A program made the position numbers and the translations under genes. Below are positions 46,481 through 55,260 of a stretch of DNA of 64,000 bases, one piece after another. Every line of letters starts with the position of its first letter. Position 1 is the first letter of the stretch. The stretch is from positions 32,001-96,000 of the IMG/VR virus record IMGVR_UViG_3300031414_000008, one strand, 5' to 3'. The notes beneath the pieces were generated by a model that did not search any database, was not told the DNA's origin, and was given only the letters and a program-made list of their open reading frames with translations. Source of the DNA: a virus.

Positions 46481-46843
46481 ATGTCAGCTTCTCAACGACT
46501 GTTCTTGAAGATTCACCGAGCGATCGCTGAGCAAGCTGGGAGCGACCTGGTAGGCTATTCAGTCTTCCGGGCGCTCCGCATCGATGCTATGCAGATCTCA
46601 TCTTTGATGAAAACCCCTCACGACCCACAAGCGGAAACTTTCGCTCGCATGCATGCCGAACCCAAAACCATCGCGGCGACCCGAACTATGTTCCTCAAAG
46701 CTTTAGCTCACAGAGAGAACCTCCGGGACGACTACTACGTTGGTGTGACGCTTAAGACCCGTGGTGTGACCGAACCGCCAGTGGTGACGGAGATCACCAT
46801 GTGGGATGAGGACATCCAGAAGAAAACGAGGTTCAAGCTATGA
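46481..46843 (+). CDS. Hypothetical protein
   Basis: Abutting ORF. Confidence 0.7.
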   Translation: MSASQRLFLKIHRAIAEQAGSDLVGYSVFRALRIDAMQISSLMKTPHDPQAETFARMHAEPKTIAATRTMFLKALAHRENLRDDYYVGVTLKTRGVTEPPVVTEITMWDEDIQKKTRFKL

Positions 46844-47037
46844 AGAAAATGGGCTATGCCCTACTGGCGTTGGTTACGGCTAATCTGGGCTCGGTCGTCG
46901 CCAACGCAGAAACCATGGGCCCGGATGCCGAAGCGGCGCCAGACAGCGCCCCTTGGAAGGTCCGCCTGTACGGTGCTAACAAAGACCGTCGGGCATCCCG
47001 TAAGAAACGTGCTAAGAAACTAGGGAGAAGACGATGA
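46840..47037 (+). CDS. Small protein, hydrophobic N-terminus and basic C-terminal tail
   Basis: ANKDRRASRKKRAKK. Confidence 0.65.
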   Translation: MKKMGYALLALVTANLGSVVANAETMGPDAEAAPDSAPWKVRLYGANKDRRASRKKRAKKLGRRR

Positions 47038-47372
47038 AGGTACGCTTTAGTCATGAAGACGGATGGTCTGGCGGCCAGTGGCAGTTCGATGGTGTAACGC
47101 TCGCGAAGTTCAAAGCGGCTTTCGGCATTGATCCGTTCCCGCGGCGTGGGATGAAAGCAGAGCTCGTCGGTCCGAGCGGCCTTCACTCAGCCATCACTTC
47201 CGAGCAACGCCTGACGGTCACCGGTGTGGACCACGATCACGGACATCGCTACGACTGGCGCTATGAAGAGCCAATGTTCTTAGTCGGAAATTGCCCGTTC
47301 CCGATTCCGGCTAACCAGATCTGGAAGGACGGCTACACAATCCTCCTGGAGGTACCGGATGGATCCAACTAA
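47034..47372 (+). CDS. Hypothetical protein
   Basis: ATGA overlap, GGGAG SD. Confidence 0.7.
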   Translation: MKVRFSHEDGWSGGQWQFDGVTLAKFKAAFGIDPFPRRGMKAELVGPSGLHSAITSEQRLTVTGVDHDHGHRYDWRYEEPMFLVGNCPFPIPANQIWKDGYTILLEVPDGSN

Positions 47373-47601
47373 GATTGTCGTCCTGGGGGCCGGCCCGGAC
47401 CCGATCCGTGGCATTATCGATGAGTTAACGAAGGACGGTCAAGTCCTTGAGATCAAGACTCGTGGTGATTTCCTCGGAGACGTTCAAGTGCTGCCAAGAC
47501 GTGTTCCAGAGGAGCACAGCTGGGCGGATCGCCGTGGTAAGAGTGGAGCTGCGAGGATTAAACGCAATGCGAAACAGAGACGGAATCGTAAAGGTAAATA
47601 G
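47359..47601 (+). CDS. Small protein with basic C-terminal tail
   Basis: GGAGG SD; RRGKSGAARIKRNAKQRRNRK. Confidence 0.7.
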   Translation: MDPTKIVVLGAGPDPIRGIIDELTKDGQVLEIKTRGDFLGDVQVLPRRVPEEHSWADRRGKSGAARIKRNAKQRRNRKGK

Positions 47602-47785
47602 AGACGTCGGTATCAACGCTGTCATCAACGAAGGTGATTGGTATCACGAGATCCGCTTTCGTATGCACATGGGGTGTGTCTCGATTTGCGGACCTCTCTG
47701 CAATACCTCTCACACGAATGGGGAGTACCTGCTTCAGGAACTCCGTGAACTCAAAGCATTACTGAACGCAATACCGGAGATTTAA
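47567..47785 (+). CDS. Hypothetical protein
   Basis: GAGGA SD; start inferred. Confidence 0.5.
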   Translation: MRNRDGIVKVNRDVGINAVINEGDWYHEIRFRMHMGCVSICGPLCNTSHTNGEYLLQELRELKALLNAIPEI

Positions 47786-48241
47786 ATGGGAAAGGGTTAC
47801 GCTAAGTTACTGGTTGATCCAGTCGACGCGAAGAAGATCGAGAAAGCAGTCAAACCGTTCGGCGTGAAGTTGATGCCGCTTGAGAAACTGCACTTGACCC
47901 TAATGTACGACAAGTCGAATCCCGAGATCGACCCTGGCGTGAAGAAAGACACGCGGTATATTGCTACCGTGACGGGCGTCGAGCGGATGGGGGAGCCAGG
48001 CTCTAAGTGGGAAGCCGTAGCGCTGCAGCTGGAGTGCCCCGAACTGAAAGCCCGTCACTTGGCGCTGCGTGCCCGCGGGTTCAAGCACTCGTACGATGAA
48101 GTGAAGCTGCACGTCTCGCTGGCCTACGGTACCGAGAACGTCAAACTCATCCCGGTCATCGAGAAGCTCATCGCTGACGGCAAAATCCCTAACAAACTCC
48201 ACCTCGATCGCGAGACGTGGGAAGAACTGAAGGACGACTGA
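47786..48241 (+). CDS. acb1: Anti-CBASS 2H phosphodiesterase (Acb1-like)
   Basis: PLEKLHLTLMY and ARH..RARGFKHSYDEVKLHVSLAY match the two HxT/S motifs of T4 gp57B; LDRE near C-terminus. Confidence 0.85.
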   Translation: MGKGYAKLLVDPVDAKKIEKAVKPFGVKLMPLEKLHLTLMYDKSNPEIDPGVKKDTRYIATVTGVERMGEPGSKWEAVALQLECPELKARHLALRARGFKHSYDEVKLHVSLAYGTENVKLIPVIEKLIADGKIPNKLHLDRETWEELKDD

Positions 48242-48567
48242 TGAACGATTCCCAGCAGTTAGCCTCCTTGGCCGGCATTCCGATGGATCAGATCAGAGAG
48301 TTTGTCCGTCAGTATATCGAACTGGCGATGAGCACGAACACGATTGTCCTGTGGGTGTGTGGCATCGTCCTCCCGTTGAGCATCTTTGGGTTTATTTCGG
48401 CGTTCTTCACTCGCGGTCAGTACGCTGCAGAGAGTCGGGCTAAATTCTGCTTCGCGGCAGCCGTCATTTCTATCATCATCTTGGCCAGTGCATCGTGGGA
48501 TCGTTACAAGATGACTCACTATCCCGTCCTCTACGTCATTCAAGACCTGCGGAGTTCTAACAAATGA
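48241..48567 (+). CDS. Two-TM membrane protein (tandem paralog A)
   Basis: Ends Y..THYPVLYVIQDLRS. Confidence 0.7.
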   Translation: MNDSQQLASLAGIPMDQIREFVRQYIELAMSTNTIVLWVCGIVLPLSIFGFISAFFTRGQYAAESRAKFCFAAAVISIIILASASWDRYKMTHYPVLYVIQDLRSSNK

Positions 48568-48950
48568 ATGAACAGCTTCAAGCAGCACTGTCCCGTTTAA
48601 TCGACACGCTCATTAAGTCGATCGACGGGGTTACCGGTCAAGTACCGGATCTTGTACGCCAACTCATAGAGTACAACGCCTTCCGTTCGGTGCTATGGAT
48701 GTATTGGTACGTCGCTCTGATCGTCGTCTGTGTCCTTTATTGGGTGTGGTACGGGTATAAGATCTGTAGAGGAGCACTTGATCGTTGGACCGAGTGTCAA
48801 AACGGATGGGGTGCAGGCATGGCCGTCATCGTCTTAGTTCTCGGTATAGCAGGAATCATAAATCTAATCAGTGAGTGGATCACCTACACTCAACTTACAC
48901 AGTACCCGAACGTTTGGGTTCTGGACTATCTCCGTTCGATGATTAAATAA
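48564..48950 (+). CDS. Two-TM membrane protein (tandem paralog B)
   Basis: Ends Y..LTQYPNVWVLDYLRS. Confidence 0.7.
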   Translation: MNEQLQAALSRLIDTLIKSIDGVTGQVPDLVRQLIEYNAFRSVLWMYWYVALIVVCVLYWVWYGYKICRGALDRWTECQNGWGAGMAVIVLVLGIAGIINLISEWITYTQLTQYPNVWVLDYLRSMIK

Positions 48951-48960
48951 GGAAAGTACG

Positions 48961-51024
48961 ATGTTTAACTTCAAGCCGTTTGCTGCAGCTTTCGCTAAGC
49001 AGTGGGACTCCATGTCCGCCAATGAGATGTACCGTGTGGACGTGGGCGGTGACGCACTCTGGGACTACTACCTGGCATCCTTCCCGGAAGGCACCAACCC
49101 GATCTTCCGTCAGCGTACAGAACACGATGGATCCTATGATAAGAGCGTCGTCCGTCGTATTGGTAACGTCGTCACCATCAAGAATGGCGAGCTGACCACC
49201 GTTTGGGATCTGCCGGGTCTGGAATATCCGTATGACGTGGTCGCCGCTGCCATGGCTAAGCGTGTCAAAGCTGGCACCGTGAACTCCCTGTTCCGCATCA
49301 ACGAAGTCAAACTGGGTCACATTGAGACGTACGAAACGCTGGAAAGCGGTGAGGTCCTGACGTGGAATCACTTCCATGCGGCGATCGCTAAGCGTCACTT
49401 CTCGGTGAACGTTGAGCAGACCATCGGTGAGCCGAACACCACGGCACAGATGTTCAAACGCGGTCTGGAAACCCTGAAGCCGGAAGCGTTCGAGCTGGCC
49501 CTGGATCTGATCGACTCTAAGGCCGTGTACCGTGGCGAAGAGTTCCGTAAGAACATCGCGGAATTCGCAAAGGTGCAGGCAGCGTACCTGGAGATGGACG
49601 AACGTGCTCGTAACATCTACATCTGGAACAACATCGCGTTCCCGTATGCCCGCCTGCGTAACACCGCCATCGGTACACTGATCATCGATCTGTCCGAAGG
49701 TGAGAAGAGCCTGGAAGATGCGTGCCACGCGTACGGTCACAAGATGGATGGCTACAAGCGCCCAACTGCCGTGATCACGCAGGGTATGGTCAAGCAGGCG
49801 ATGGCAACGATCAACGAGCTGGGCCTCGAGCCGTCTCTGGAACGCCGCCACGCGAAGCTCTCTGACGTGAACGTGAACGACGTGCTGTGGGTATCTAACG
49901 AAGCTCAGTCGAAGATGAAGGGTGGTCTGGAATCCCTGCTGGCTGGCGAAGTGGCCCGTCCGAAGGTGAACGAAGACGCTGCCGAAGACATCTCTATCGC
50001 TGACTTCATGGGTCAGATTCTGCCTCACGCCCGCACGCTGGACGTTCTGTTCAAGAACGGTCTGCAGAAGAACCTGGCCAGCATCACGGCTCCGGTTCAC
50101 GCTGACGTCCCACCGCTGTTCAAGTGGGATAACGGCTTCGCCTGGTCCTATAAGGGGAACATCGCTGACTCCTCTATGCGTGAAGCGGTCGTGTCCCGTG
50201 GCGGTTCAGTTACCGGTGCCTTCCGCTTCACTCATCAGTGGAACTACGGCAAGCGTAACGCCTCACTGATGGACCTGCACGTGTTCATGCCAGGCTGGAA
50301 CGGTCACGGTACTGAGAAGTGCCACGACAACTACGGCAACCAGCAGCGTGTTGGCTGGAACCATCGTAATCACCACGGCTCCGGTGGCGTTCAGGACGTT
50401 GACTACGTTAACCCCGCTGAGCCAGGCTACGTACCGGTTGAGAACATCACGTTCCCAACGCTGAGCCGTATGCCAGATGGCGACTACGAGTGCAAGATCC
50501 ACAACTGGCAGCTGCGTTCTCCTACCGAAGGCGGTTTCCGTGCTGAGATCGAGTTCGCTGGTCAGATCTTCCAGTACGAAGTGGATCGTCCACTGAAATC
50601 CAAAGAGTGGGTGCACGTGGCGACGGTGACTAAACGTGGTGATACCTTCACTATCAAGCATCACCTGCCGTGCGGCCAAGCGCCTCAGGATGTGTGGGGC
50701 GTGAAAACTGAAGGCTTCGTACCGGTGTCCACTGTGATGCTCTCTCCGAACTACTGGGGTGAGTCCGCAACCGGTAACAAGCACTGGTTCTTCCTGCTGG
50801 ACGGCTGCCGTAACGATGAGCCAACCCGCGGCATCTATAACGAGTTCCTTCGTAACGAACTGTCGAACCTCGGCAAAGTCTTCGAAGTGCTCGGCAACAA
50901 AACCAAGTGTGAGCCTACCGATGAGCAGCTGTCCGGCCTCGGTTTCTCCTCCACTAAATCCGACTCTGTTATCGTCCGTGTGGGCGGCCAGAAATTCAAC
51001 AAACTGTTCAACATTAAATTCTAA
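48961..51024 (+). CDS. 687-aa protein with DUF2135/YfaP-like segment
   Basis: QWN..MDLHVFMP..QDVDY..VENITF..DGDYECKIHNW. Confidence 0.6.
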   Translation: MFNFKPFAAAFAKQWDSMSANEMYRVDVGGDALWDYYLASFPEGTNPIFRQRTEHDGSYDKSVVRRIGNVVTIKNGELTTVWDLPGLEYPYDVVAAAMAKRVKAGTVNSLFRINEVKLGHIETYETLESGEVLTWNHFHAAIAKRHFSVNVEQTIGEPNTTAQMFKRGLETLKPEAFELALDLIDSKAVYRGEEFRKNIAEFAKVQAAYLEMDERARNIYIWNNIAFPYARLRNTAIGTLIIDLSEGEKSLEDACHAYGHKMDGYKRPTAVITQGMVKQAMATINELGLEPSLERRHAKLSDVNVNDVLWVSNEAQSKMKGGLESLLAGEVARPKVNEDAAEDISIADFMGQILPHARTLDVLFKNGLQKNLASITAPVHADVPPLFKWDNGFAWSYKGNIADSSMREAVVSRGGSVTGAFRFTHQWNYGKRNASLMDLHVFMPGWNGHGTEKCHDNYGNQQRVGWNHRNHHGSGGVQDVDYVNPAEPGYVPVENITFPTLSRMPDGDYECKIHNWQLRSPTEGGFRAEIEFAGQIFQYEVDRPLKSKEWVHVATVTKRGDTFTIKHHLPCGQAPQDVWGVKTEGFVPVSTVMLSPNYWGESATGNKHWFFLLDGCRNDEPTRGIYNEFLRNELSNLGKVFEVLGNKTKCEPTDEQLSGLGFSSTKSDSVIVRVGGQKFNKLFNIKF

Positions 51025-51033
51025 GGAATGATC

Positions 51034-51438
51034 ATGAATCTGTTCGAAATCGCAACTCGTAAAGCAATCCGTTTCCCTTCTATCAAGGGCGAACTGTCCA
51101 CCGAGCAGCTTTGGCAGCTCCCGCTGACCTCTAAGGTTGGCGTTGACCTGGATACCCTGGCCAAGGGCATCAACAAAGAGCTGAAGAGCACCGAAGAAGA
51201 GTCCTTCGTGGCTACCAACTCTAACCCTCGTCGTAACGACCTGCAGGTCAAGCTGGACATCCTGAAACACATCATCGGTGTGAAACAGGAAGAGATTGCG
51301 GCGGCAACCAAACGTCAGGCGAACGCCGTGGAGCGTCAGAAACTCCAGGAACTGCTGGCCCGTAAGAACGATCAGGCCCTGGAAGCACTGACCCCAGAAC
51401 AGATCGCTGCGAAACTGGCTGCTCTCGACGCAGAGTAA
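51034..51438 (+). CDS. Coiled-coil partner protein of upstream gene
   Basis: AAGGA SD; NLFE.A.R..RF.S.KG.L..EQLW.LPL. Confidence 0.75.
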   Translation: MNLFEIATRKAIRFPSIKGELSTEQLWQLPLTSKVGVDLDTLAKGINKELKSTEEESFVATNSNPRRNDLQVKLDILKHIIGVKQEEIAAATKRQANAVERQKLQELLARKNDQALEALTPEQIAAKLAALDAE

Positions 51439-51445
51439 GTTACCC

Positions 51446-51468
51446 GGCCCTCTTCGGAGGGCCTTTCT
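51446..51468 (+). terminator. Intrinsic terminator
   Basis: ggccctc-ttcg-gagggcc-tttct. Confidence 0.7.
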
Positions 51469-51481
51469 CCAAGGAATCCCC

Positions 51482-51952
51482 ATGCTGTTAAAACAAACTG
51501 ATAATAAAGACATTCTCACCGCTGCTGCTGAACTCGCTCGTGAAGAAAAGCCCTACCGTATGAACGCGTCGCTCTCCGTGATTCACTGCCAGGACACTGG
51601 TCGTGTGCTCGTGACGCACCGTGCGAAGGATGGCCAGCTGGGTCTGCCGTGTGGCAAGGCCGATGCCGGTGAAATGACTCTCGAAACGGCCTACCGTGAA
51701 CTGGAAGAAGAAACCGGTGTGCGGAAGGTCGATCTGATTGACGGTCTCGGTTACATGCAGGACATCAACATGTCAGGCTGTATCGTCTCCGTCTATGTTG
51801 GCGTCGTACCGATCGAGCTCAAAGTGGGCCCTGAAGCTGGCTTTGAGAACGAAGGCCCGGCCTCATGGATGAAACCGGAGGATATTGCTAAGACACCGTC
51901 CCGTTTCCAGAACTTCAATACGGTGGTGCTCTTCAACGCCGGACTGATCTAA
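51482..51952 (+). CDS. Nudix hydrolase
   Basis: GKADAGEMTLETAYRELEEETG. Confidence 0.9.
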   Translation: MLLKQTDNKDILTAAAELAREEKPYRMNASLSVIHCQDTGRVLVTHRAKDGQLGLPCGKADAGEMTLETAYRELEEETGVRKVDLIDGLGYMQDINMSGCIVSVYVGVVPIELKVGPEAGFENEGPASWMKPEDIAKTPSRFQNFNTVVLFNAGLI

Positions 51953-52089
51953 TGCAATTCTTCATTACCATGGTTGTCTGTGCTCTCCTCCTGTTCATTC
52001 CGGGTGGAGATTACCTTATCTTTCCTGCCATTATGGTGAGCATCTATATCGGCCACCTAAGGAACAAACGTGAGCGTAATAAATCATGA
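51952..52089 (+). CDS. 45-aa membrane peptide (not in ORF track)
   Basis: TAATG coupling, hydrophobic. Confidence 0.55.
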   Translation: MQFFITMVVCALLLFIPGGDYLIFPAIMVSIYIGHLRNKRERNKS

Positions 52090-52244
52090 TTTTCTCTCAG
52101 TTGGCTGATGGCGCCCGCTTCTGGATCGGCTCTCAGATCTACATCAAGACGCTCGAGGACGGCGGTAATCACAATGCAGTGAACGTGAACAACTCCCGTC
52201 AGACGATCTTCGTACCGGACTTCTTCATGGTCCAAACTGCGTAA
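52086..52244 (+). CDS. 52-aa hypothetical protein (not in ORF track)
   Basis: ATGA overlap; FSQLADGARF..YIK..NAV. Confidence 0.6.
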   Translation: MIFSQLADGARFWIGSQIYIKTLEDGGNHNAVNVNNSRQTIFVPDFFMVQTA

Positions 52245-52263
52245 AGCCCTTCGGGGCTTTTTT
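52244..52263 (+). terminator. Intrinsic terminator (same sequence as 43568)
   Basis: aagccc-ttcg-gggctt-tttt. Confidence 0.8.
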
Positions 52264-52273
52264 AGGAGCAAAT

Positions 52274-52621
52274 ATGTATAAAGGATGGGGCGTGGGACGT
52301 GAAGTGCCTGCCAAGTATGTCTCCCAGGTCGTCGTTGAGTTGAAGTTCGATCACGGTGATGCAGACGGTACCACTCACGAAGAGCTCAAAGTCGCTCACG
52401 AGGATGTCGTCGAGTGTGCAAACTTCCTGGACCTGTGTGACAATACCGTTCCGGAGTCCGAAGGCGGCCCTGGGTACACGAAGCTGCCGGGCTACGAGAA
52501 GTTTGGGGAGGGCCTCTTCCCACCGGACTTGCACTATTCAGGCATGGCCTCCTTGGCGAGCTACCAATTCTATTACTATAATGGGCACGGCATGAAAAGC
52601 CTTGTCTATCTGGAGAGTTAA
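52274..52621 (+). CDS. Hypothetical protein
   Basis: AGGAG SD. Confidence 0.7.
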   Translation: MYKGWGVGREVPAKYVSQVVVELKFDHGDADGTTHEELKVAHEDVVECANFLDLCDNTVPESEGGPGYTKLPGYEKFGEGLFPPDLHYSGMASLASYQFYYYNGHGMKSLVYLES

Positions 52622-52622
52622 T

Positions 52623-53549
52623 ATGTGGAAAGAACAAGAAGTCCTGACGGGCAGTAACCCGAACGTAATGAAGTTCATCTTTCGTAACGACGACGCCATC
52701 GCGGAGAGCGTGCTGTACCAGTACCCGACGTTCAAAGACCGTACGGTGATGTGTGTGTCAACCCAGACCGGCTGCCCGATGGGCTGCTCCTTCTGCGGTA
52801 CCGGGAAGTTCTTCGGCCGTAATCTACGTGCCGATGAGATCGTGAACCAGGTGCAGTACATGCTGGACATGTTTGACGTCCCGCTGAACGACGTGATCCG
52901 TTCGCAAATCATGTTCATGTCGATGGGTGAACCCCTGCTGAACATGGACGAAATGGTCGGTGCCCTGCTGTTCCTGGCGGATAACTACCCTCGTACCGCC
53001 CTGTTGATCTCGACCTCCGGACCGAAGACGTCGGGATGGATCGACTTCATGGACATCGCCGAGCGTCTGCCGCAGATTGGCCTGCAGTTCTCCGTCCACG
53101 AGTCGACTGACGAAGCCCGCGACCGTCTGATCCCGATGAAGGCCAAGCTGAACCTTGAAGAGATCGCGGCTAAGGGCCTGGAGTTCTACCTCCGGACCAA
53201 GCGTCGTCCGTTCTTCAACTACTGCGTGCACCCAGGGAATGCCTCCGATGCTGACATCGAACGGTTAGAAGCCCTGTTCGATCCAGACGTTTGGTGTGCC
53301 ACCCTCTCGGTCATCTGTGAGAAAGACGAGACGAATGCCGACGCCGTCGCTCGCCACTTAGACCTCGTTCAGGACTTCTCCGGACGTCTGGTCGCTAAAG
53401 GCTACGACACCCGCGTGTTCAACCCGGCTGGCCAGGACGACATCGGCGGCGGTTGCGGGCAACTCTGGCAAGTCCAGAAGTTCGCGGCGGAGCATCCGGA
53501 AATCATGAAGCAATCACCAGGAGATAAGATCCGTGTCCGTGTACAGTGA
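52623..53549 (+). CDS. rlmN: RlmN/Cfr-family (class A) radical SAM RNA methyltransferase
   Basis: ESV, MCVSTQTGCPMGCSFCGTG, FMSMGEPL, IST, SVH, DIGGGCGQL. Confidence 0.88.
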   Translation: MWKEQEVLTGSNPNVMKFIFRNDDAIAESVLYQYPTFKDRTVMCVSTQTGCPMGCSFCGTGKFFGRNLRADEIVNQVQYMLDMFDVPLNDVIRSQIMFMSMGEPLLNMDEMVGALLFLADNYPRTALLISTSGPKTSGWIDFMDIAERLPQIGLQFSVHESTDEARDRLIPMKAKLNLEEIAAKGLEFYLRTKRRPFFNYCVHPGNASDADIERLEALFDPDVWCATLSVICEKDETNADAVARHLDLVQDFSGRLVAKGYDTRVFNPAGQDDIGGGCGQLWQVQKFAAEHPEIMKQSPGDKIRVRVQ

Positions 53550-53850
53550 AATCGTTCTCGGCGAGCCGTGTATTCGCCCCATCCACTTCAATAAGTATGA
53601 GTTCTTCGTCCAGTTCGCCACCGGTGAGTGTGACATCGTGGTGGTCAACCCGGCGCTAGGCCTCTCTACGGCGAACCTGCTGGAACAAGCAAAAGCGCTC
53701 AGCGGAGAGGATGCGTACGAACTCCTGAAGGGGCAGTTATCGTTGGATTGGCCGGTGAATTTGGGCTCGGGTGATTGGGCTGACCTTTCATCTTTTGACA
53801 TGTTCTACTACAACTTCAAGGGTGTGAAGCAGAACGTTATTCTTAAGTAA
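53533..53850 (+). CDS. Hypothetical protein
   Basis: GGAG SD, GTG start. Confidence 0.6.
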   Translation: MSVYSEIVLGEPCIRPIHFNKYEFFVQFATGECDIVVVNPALGLSTANLLEQAKALSGEDAYELLKGQLSLDWPVNLGSGDWADLSSFDMFYYNFKGVKQNVILK

Positions 53851-53958
53851 TTGTTACAAAGGCCCTTTCGGACCATTCCGGAAGGGTTTCCCTAACTAAA
53901 ATTATAAAATCCTTAGAGGATCCGACGTTCTTAACAAATTAACAACAGGAGACACCTT

Positions 53959-54555
53959 ATGTACGCCAACGACATCGTAGTCTCGACCAAAAAGTTGCAG
54001 CATTTCGGCTTCCGGTCAAAGATCTACGCTTATTTCTTCCTCTGTGCCTCGACCATGTCCCTCGTTCTTTGGGCGATACTGGATGGAGCACAATCCATTA
54101 ACACTATCCTCACGGGTGTGTGCATGCTGCTGATCCCGACCGCCGTCTACCTCTCCGGAGCGATGGTTGAACGGATGACTGACAAAATCCTCAAGTGTCA
54201 GGTCTCTTCGGCTGACGAGTTCGACACATCCTTCCGAGGCCCCTTCTCGGGAATCTCCTGGGTGATCTTCTCGTTAACGTTCTTTTTAGCCTCAGCGGAA
54301 GTGCTCTTCGACTTCTACTTCGAACGTGCTTTCGGCATGTATTCGCTCTTCTTAGTGACGTTCACGCTGATCTGGCTAGGCCGCTTCTACGCTTACTTCC
54401 GTTTCCTCAAGCGTTCCGTCATGGAGCTGCGTGAGCACACGGACAGTCTGTGTCTCTCGACCGTACCGCGGAACAAACGGGCGATCGTAGAGGAAGTGCA
54501 ACGGGGGAATACCGAGACCCTGGTGGATAAACGAGACGATTTGTCGTCCCTATAA
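53959..54555 (+). CDS. Four-TM membrane protein
   Basis: CAGGAG SD; four hydrophobic segments. Confidence 0.75.
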   Translation: MYANDIVVSTKKLQHFGFRSKIYAYFFLCASTMSLVLWAILDGAQSINTILTGVCMLLIPTAVYLSGAMVERMTDKILKCQVSSADEFDTSFRGPFSGISWVIFSLTFFLASAEVLFDFYFERAFGMYSLFLVTFTLIWLGRFYAYFRFLKRSVMELREHTDSLCLSTVPRNKRAIVEEVQRGNTETLVDKRDDLSSL

Positions 54556-54567
54556 ACCCCAAAAATT

Positions 54568-54585
54568 GGTATAAGTAACACGTAA
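54568..54585 (+). promoter_or_regulatory. Phage promoter motif
   Basis: ggtataag taacac gtaa. Confidence 0.7.
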
Positions 54586-54597
54586 TGGAGGAGTATT

Positions 54598-55260
54598 ATG
54601 AAAATTACGTGTGACTACGGCGAGTTCGAATTGTTCACTTACCGTGAGCCGGGCTCAAAACGCATTAACCGAGCGGTATCAGTGGATTCACTGGTGCACT
54701 CCCTGAAACTCTCCCTGAAGCGTCTACCGAATGGACCTGATGTCCGCTATGTAGACCTTGAGGGTAGAGTACTTGTCCCGATCCAGAATCTCAACACGTG
54801 GTTAGCGGTCGTCAAGGCAGATCCGGTGGTTATCAACCAACTGAGTCTGCACCTGTCAGACCGGATCAGCCGCGACGTCGGATTCCTCTCCTACGCCCAT
54901 ATCCATCTGCAAGAAGCGTTGACCGCCCTCGGTGGGTATTACACTGAGACGGGGCTCGACGCAGAGTATCCTGTGGACGAAGTGGAAGACTCGCTCTATG
55001 AGATCTTCTGCGAGTTCCTGCAGACGGGTGAATACGATCCGCTTCTCATGAAGATGGACGGACGGGAAATGAGTGAAGCAGAAGCGTGGGGACTCTCCAT
55101 CATGGAGACCACCGCAGGTCGGCTCATTCACCAGTTCATCAACGAGAAGATGGATCCGGAGTACATCCTGCTCTTCCTGCAGATTCAGCTGAAAGAGAAG
55201 GTGTTTATGATCGGCGAACAGGTACGGGAGATGGCTCAAACCTTCACGGCGCCTGAATGA
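54598..55260 (+). CDS. Divergent P22 antirepressor N-terminal-domain paralog
   Basis: AVSVDSLVHSL.L..VLVPIQNLNTWL; shared C-terminal helix. Confidence 0.55.
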   Translation: MKITCDYGEFELFTYREPGSKRINRAVSVDSLVHSLKLSLKRLPNGPDVRYVDLEGRVLVPIQNLNTWLAVVKADPVVINQLSLHLSDRISRDVGFLSYAHIHLQEALTALGGYYTETGLDAEYPVDEVEDSLYEIFCEFLQTGEYDPLLMKMDGREMSEAEAWGLSIMETTAGRLIHQFINEKMDPEYILLFLQIQLKEKVFMIGEQVREMAQTFTAPE

